Source: Gloeobacterales cyanobacterium
GTDB lineage: Bacteria > Cyanobacteriota > Cyanobacteriia > Gloeobacterales > PMM-0068
Reading direction: 5' to 3'
Assembly: GCA_038245785.1 (NCBI GenBank)
Contig: JBBRSB010000003.1
Location: forward strand, 166,336-230,335
Length of the DNA stretch: 64,000 nt
Position numbers and translations under genes: made by a program. How positions within the stretch are numbered: position 1 is the first letter of the stretch; every line of letters starts with the position of its first letter. Shown piece by piece: positions 59,363-64,000 of this stretch. The notes below the pieces were generated by a model. That model was not told the origin of the DNA. It searched no databases and saw only the letters and a list, made by a program, of their open reading frames with translations.

Positions 59363-59626
59363 ATGATCACGCAAACGATGGTACAACCTTCTTCTTGGAT
59401 TGAAGGCGGCATTAAGCTTGAAAAGATTCGAGGACTCAACCTTTTCAAGTTTACGGATGAACTCCAAGTGCACCTTGAAACGCTGATCGATCACCAAAAA
59501 TCCAACCTTCTCACCCCAGAAGAAACCGCTGAATTAGCTGGTATCACCGAACTTGATCGGCTTCGCCGTCTCAGAGAGAATAGCATCTTTACCCTAATGA
59601 ACGCCCGCATCATCGCTGAGTCATGA
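59363..59626 (+). CDS. Small antitoxin-like protein; the downstream HNH gene is cut to about 17 codons
   Basis: Pattern LTPEETAEL; an overlapping ATG reads MTIGIGSRQRIRQRANF and then loses similarity. Confidence 0.6.
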   Translation: MITQTMVQPSSWIEGGIKLEKIRGLNLFKFTDELQVHLETLIDHQKSNLLTPEETAELAGITELDRLRRLRENSIFTLMNARIIAES

Positions 59627-59731
59627 CCATTGGCATCGGCAGTCGCCAACGCATCCGTCAGCGGGCCAACTTTATGGCACCTAGTAGCCGACTACGTTAA
59701 AATCAGGTTACGTCTCTAACGACCTCTTTAT

Positions 59732-60037
59732 ATGACGGCAGATCGTTTTAGCTCACCTCCAGCCTCTCTCGAATTACTGCTTCATGAAATTGAGGCAACT
59801 CCCAGAGAGTATTGGGCAGAGTTACTGGATACTTTGCGCCAGTTTCGACAGAAGATTTCATCAACTGCTCCATCGGTCGTCGATGTCAAACAAGCACGAA
59901 AAAATCAAGCAGCAATTGAATTGTTAGACTCTTGGCTGGATGAAAGTGAAGACGCATCGGAACATCAACAGGCCTGGGAATTTTTGAAAACTGCACTTGA
60001 CGAAGATCGGCTGTCCGATCGTCCATTATTCCCATGA
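59732..60037 (+). CDS. Putative antitoxin
   Basis: Pattern NQAAIELLDSW..LDEDR.S.RPLFP; ATGA overlap with the PIN gene. Confidence 0.75.
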   Translation: MTADRFSSPPASLELLLHEIEATPREYWAELLDTLRQFRQKISSTAPSVVDVKQARKNQAAIELLDSWLDESEDASEHQQAWEFLKTALDEDRLSDRPLFP

Positions 60038-60486
60038 GTCGTTTGATTTTGCTTGATTCCGGGCCACTGGGAATGGTAACCAATCCCAAAGCAAAAGGCA
60101 TTCCCCTTGAGTGTCAACAGTGGCTCAGATCGCTTCTGCAACGGGGAGAAAAGGTTGCCATTCCCGAGATCGCCGATTATGAAGTCCGTCGTGAATTAAT
60201 TCGCGCAGGTTTGTTGCAAAGTCTGCGACGGCTTAACAATTTGAGGCAGACTCTCGAATATATTCCAATTCAGACAGATACGATGTTGCTAGCTGCCAAT
60301 CTTTGGGCAGAAGCTAGGCTAACTGGACAACCTACTGCTGATCCTAAACCGTTAGATGGAGATGTGATTCTGTCTACTCAAGCCCGCCTTCTCTGTGACG
60401 ACATGACAGCAGTACTGGTTGCGACGACTAATGTGGCTCATTTATCTCGGTTTATCACAGCGTTGGATTGGCAATCTATTGAGTAA
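60034..60486 (+). CDS. VapC-like PIN toxin, intact
   Basis: Motifs LLDSGPLG, ADYEVRREL, LDGDVIL, ATTNVAHL. Confidence 0.85.
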   Translation: MSRLILLDSGPLGMVTNPKAKGIPLECQQWLRSLLQRGEKVAIPEIADYEVRRELIRAGLLQSLRRLNNLRQTLEYIPIQTDTMLLAANLWAEARLTGQPTADPKPLDGDVILSTQARLLCDDMTAVLVATTNVAHLSRFITALDWQSIE

Positions 60487-60490
60487 GGTT

Positions 60491-60538
60491 TTCGTTAGAA
60501 TCAAACTATTTGAGAGAATTTGCTATGGCCCTGCCTGT
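60491..60538 (+). repeat. Displaced copy of the 5' region of the 55684 gene (matches 55649-55697)
   Basis: Shared tagaatcaaa..ttgagagaatttgctatggccct. Confidence 0.85.
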
Positions 60539-60670
60539 GAGGAATTTTCAGAATGACGAACCAGCCGACTAGTCTTGCTGCCGAAAAGTGAATAACTTGT
60601 TGCGAATATTGCGAATAATTTCTATACTAGACTCAGGCAAGAGATTCCATCCGTGCCGAGGTCTCAGCTA

Positions 60671-61126
60671 ATGGCCAGCCTAGCCTATCCTGCCTACATC
60701 CCCAAAGACGACGATGCCCAGCTTTCCAAAGAAAGTAGTCGCATCCTCGCACCTTACATCAACAGTGCTGCGCCTCACATCAGAATTATTGAACAAGATG
60801 GCACCGAACAGACCGTTGTGCTTCCTGACGCCGCATATCGCCTACTCGTCGATGTCCTGACCCAAATGTCCCAGGGCAACGCCGTCACCCTCATTCCCAT
60901 TCACGCCGAACTCACAACCCAAGAAGCTGCCGATCTCCTCAACGTCTCCCGCCCCTACTTGATCAAACAAATCGAAGCAGGCGACATTCCCCACTACAAA
61001 ATCGGTCGCCATCGGCGGATTCGCTTTGATGACTTGATGGCTTACAAAGACCGCATGGCTAGCGCCCGCTCCCAAGCACTGGATGAACTCGTTGCTCAAT
61101 CGGAAGCAATGGGACTCTACGATTGA
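60671..61126 (+). CDS. Excisionase-type (HTH_17) DNA-binding protein
   Basis: Motif ELTTQEAADLLNVSRPYL..GRHRRI. Confidence 0.88.
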   Translation: MASLAYPAYIPKDDDAQLSKESSRILAPYINSAAPHIRIIEQDGTEQTVVLPDAAYRLLVDVLTQMSQGNAVTLIPIHAELTTQEAADLLNVSRPYLIKQIEAGDIPHYKIGRHRRIRFDDLMAYKDRMASARSQALDELVAQSEAMGLYD

Positions 61127-61707
61127 CGACCAGCACCTTAACGGTTTTATATGATGCATGTGTTCTGTATCCCAATTACCTACGGGATGTATTAATTCAA
61201 CTCGCGACAACCGATTTATTCCAGGCGAAATGGACAGAGCAAATCCACGACGAATGGATACGCAATGTTCTCAATAACCGTCCTAACACCAGCCCTGAAC
61301 AATTACAGGGGCTCAAGCAGAAAATTAATCGCAGTGTCCCCGACTGCTTAGTCACTGATTTTGAATATTTGATTTCCTCCCTAAATCTGCCCGACCCCGA
61401 CGATTGTCATGTATTAGCCGCTGCGATCGTTGCTAAAGCCGATGTCATCGTTACCGCCAATCTAAAAGACTTCCCCACCTCAATCCTTGCAGGCCACAGC
61501 ATTGAAGCCCAACATCCTGACGACTTCATTGCTGACCTGATTGACCTCAAACCATTGCGCGTGATCGGGGCCATTCAAACCATTCAAAATCGCCTCAAAA
61601 ATCCACCCGTCAATTTTGACGAATACATGGAAATCTTGCTGAAACAGGGACTCCCCACCTCTGTCTCCATACTTCGCCAGCTTCAAAATGAGGTATGGCA
61701 TAACTAG
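61123..61707 (+). CDS. PIN-domain protein paired with the HTH_17 gene
   Basis: Motifs YDACVLYP, LPDPDD.HVLAAA, IVTANLKDFP. Confidence 0.88.
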   Translation: MTTSTLTVLYDACVLYPNYLRDVLIQLATTDLFQAKWTEQIHDEWIRNVLNNRPNTSPEQLQGLKQKINRSVPDCLVTDFEYLISSLNLPDPDDCHVLAAAIVAKADVIVTANLKDFPTSILAGHSIEAQHPDDFIADLIDLKPLRVIGAIQTIQNRLKNPPVNFDEYMEILLKQGLPTSVSILRQLQNEVWHN

Positions 61708-62257
61708 CTAAAGAATATTAGCAGGCGCTTCTAACTGCTGAGCATGGAGGGGGGAAGGAGAATAGGCTATTTTCTTCCGATAACTATAAGTGATTCTGAC
61801 CCGGTCGCCCCAGTTCCATCTAGCGACGGTAGGGGATAGATTGCTCGGGCTACCGTTATTGTTAAGCTTGCCAACAGTATCAATATTCATGGGGAAATTT
61901 ATCAAAATCGAATGACAGTGAAATCTCGCTTGGGCAGAATAAAGGTTAGAAACACACGACTCGACTTTATCCGCTGTACGTAGTACGTTTTCCCAAATTC
62001 CAAACATAAGAATCGATTCTTCTAGGGTAGTGCTCTCCCAGAACTGGAGATAGATAACCGGCTATCATCCAAGCAGCGTCTTCATTAGCGCCTTTCAGGA
62101 TGTAGGCATTGCGGCCAATGGGCTCTAAAACGCAATTTAAGAAGTGGCACAAATTGCTGAGCGAATCAGACCAATGTTTGCCCTCTTGGTAGAGTTTCAA
62201 CTTTTGGGAGTCCACGGAACTCCAGTTCGGAGGGGTAGGGTAATTAAACATAATCAA
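61708..62257 (-). other. Two overlapping ORFs of unknown function, possibly one frameshifted gene
   Basis: ORFs 61967-62257 and 61708-62007 overlap on the same strand; no motif recognised. Confidence 0.3.
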
Positions 62258-62476
62258 AAAAGTATCGAACTAACGTAGCTAAAGTAAAGCGGATGAGTTG
62301 GGTTATGCAGAAGCGTATTGCCACGGAGCTTGAACAAATGGATAGGTCTGTGAATACCCTGAGAAGCCTTAACGCTCGTTCCCATAATCTCAACGACTAG
62401 GCCGAGGAGGAGCAAGGCCTCCTGGCCAATGGTAAGAGGTGCCTAAGCCTATCGTATGTATGAATCAAAATGGAAA

Positions 62477-64000
62477 TCAATCATTAAATACGTTATTTTT
62501 GATGCCAAATATATTATTTGGATCTATGTTTTGTTTGACCTGTCGAAGCAGTTCGATACTGGCTGGAGAAAGTGTTTCGCTCATGAATTTACTGCGAATC
62601 TTGCCAACTCCATGATGATGAGATATAGAACCACCATGTTTGAGAATGGTTAGCCGTAATGCATGTTCAATCGCGCTCACTTTACTTTCTGGATCTATAA
62701 CTCCCTCCGTATAGATACCAAACGTGAAATAAATACAAACACTGGTATGGTACAGCTGAGTAATGCGATAGGACAGGTAAGGTTTTCCCTGAAAATTATA
62801 ATGCCTGTGTTCGCGGTCCAGTTGTTCTTCCACCGCTTGACAGACTCGTTTTATCTGGCTCCATGGAACCGTAGTTTCAAAAGTTTCGCCAATGATGTGA
62901 TAGGTTGATAGAAAATCGCGAAGATAAGCGATGGCGAATGTTAGCATATATCCTCGTTGCCCATTTTTAGATCCTGCAATCAGTCCTTTATGCCGATTTG
63001 CTAGTTGGTGAATCGTTGCTTTCTGATACGCAACTTCTTCAGCAGAACCTTCAAAAACGATCGTGGCTGCGACCATTTCTTGCGGATCGAAACGGCGCAT
63101 TTCTAGCAGGTAAAATTTGCTGATGTGATCCACTACAGCTTTGAAGCCAACGGCTTGAGATTTCAGCGCTTGAGCCAGCCGAAATTGAGCATTGTCAACC
63201 AGGCGGATACTGGCTGGCACCGCACCACTATGTGCTAATTGCTTCACGAAGTGTAGCCCGCGATCGAAGTTAGGAAAAACGACGGAGTAGTATTGTTTTA
63301 CTTCAGCAAGGGCATGAATCTTGATTGTGGCTTTAGTAATCAGTCCCAGATTTCCTTCACTGCCGAAGAGCATGTGTTGGGGCTGCATGCCTATAGAAGC
63401 ACGGGCTAAGGGTTGGATTTGTTCGAGTGTACCGGACGGTGTAAGCATCGTGATATTTTCAACAATTTGTTCGATATTGCCATAGCGGTTCTTTTTCATA
63501 CCGCTGGCATTGGTGGCAATCCAACCACCGAGCGTTGAGAATTCCATACTGTCTGGCTCATGCCCACAGGTGAATCCTGCGGCTATGAGTTGCTTCTCTA
63601 GCTGCGTTCCCGTAATTCCGGCTTGAACGCATGCCCGGAGATTATCGCGATCGATCCACTCGATTTGATTCATCCGTTGCATATTCACGGCAACGATCAT
63701 TCTTGATTCAGCATCAGGTAACTTTAGAGCAGCACTTACGCTGGTGCCCCCTCCAAACGGAACAAGACAAACGTGATGTTTGATGGCTAATTGGATTAAG
63801 GTCTGTGCATCTTGCTCTGATTCACAATAAAAGACTAGATCCACCAATCGTTCGAGCTGCGAATAGAGCACTTTATAAACTTCTTCGGTGGAGGTTTGTC
63901 CGTGACTATGGACCAAACGCTCTTCATCCTTAAAACTATAGCAATCGGCAGGAAAGAGATCGATGAGTTCGTTACAAAAGTCACTATTTTTATTAGGCGG
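62477..64000 (-). CDS. Alkyl-dihydroxyacetonephosphate synthase-like FAD oxidoreductase; 5' end outside the window
   Basis: Motifs PFGGGTSV, GHEPDSMEFSTLGGW, ASGMKKNRYGNIE, GSEGNLG, GQRGY, SHHHGVGK; frame open to nt 64000. Confidence 0.8.
   Translation of the reverse strand, partial: PPNKNSDFCNELIDLFPADCYSFKDEERLVHSHGQTSTEEVYKVLYSQLERLVDLVFYCESEQDAQTLIQLAIKHHVCLVPFGGGTSVSAALKLPDAESRMIVAVNMQRMNQIEWIDRDNLRACVQAGITGTQLEKQLIAAGFTCGHEPDSMEFSTLGGWIATNASGMKKNRYGNIEQIVENITMLTPSGTLEQIQPLARASIGMQPQHMLFGSEGNLGLITKATIKIHALAEVKQYYSVVFPNFDRGLHFVKQLAHSGAVPASIRLVDNAQFRLAQALKSQAVGFKAVVDHISKFYLLEMRRFDPQEMVAATIVFEGSAEEVAYQKATIHQLANRHKGLIAGSKNGQRGYMLTFAIAYLRDFLSTYHIIGETFETTVPWSQIKRVCQAVEEQLDREHRHYNFQGKPYLSYRITQLYHTSVCIYFTFGIYTEGVIDPESKVSAIEHALRLTILKHGGSISHHHGVGKIRSKFMSETLSPASIELLRQVKQNIDPNNIFGIKNNVFND

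Noticed and set aside
60671..61126. Prophage excisionase
   Set aside because: HTH_17 genes paired with this PIN family are common TA-like modules, and no phage genes are nearby.
603..62908. Numerous short ORFs antisense to or nested within recognised genes
   Set aside because: Shadow ORFs with no recognisable motifs.

Overview
Chromosomal window from a cyanobacterium. Two features suggest an early-branching, Gloeobacterales-like lineage (inference): PsaC has Asn at the usual Cys34, and the ATP synthase gamma gene is detached from the atp operon. The core genes are the end of an ebo cluster (eboE, eboF), pheT, gyrA, rpsF-ssb, dapF, psaC, petN, pilT, ruvC, ppa, pfkA, tRNA-Thr(UGU), atpG, nirBD and nrtABCD. 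They are interleaved with accessory patches holding six Uma2 genes, many toxin-antitoxin modules (mostly with broken toxins), REP/MITE-like palindromes and tiny hairpin insertions. Four observations stand out. (1) The nrtD 3' end occurs three times with almost only synonymous differences and brackets stacked cargo blocks; no integrase is visible. The first block is a divergent pair: a Upf1-like helicase fused to a PLD domain with a degenerate catalytic motif, and an FGE/C-type-lectin-fold protein fused to a CHAT protease. This is a candidate undescribed defence module. (2) A 6S RNA-like gene may have its 5' closing-stem arm inside the last codons of psaC. (3) Two genes sit between attC-like sites. 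(4) An animal-type alkyl-DHAP synthase-like gene lies at the right edge. All family calls come from motif recognition by eye; no database searches were run.
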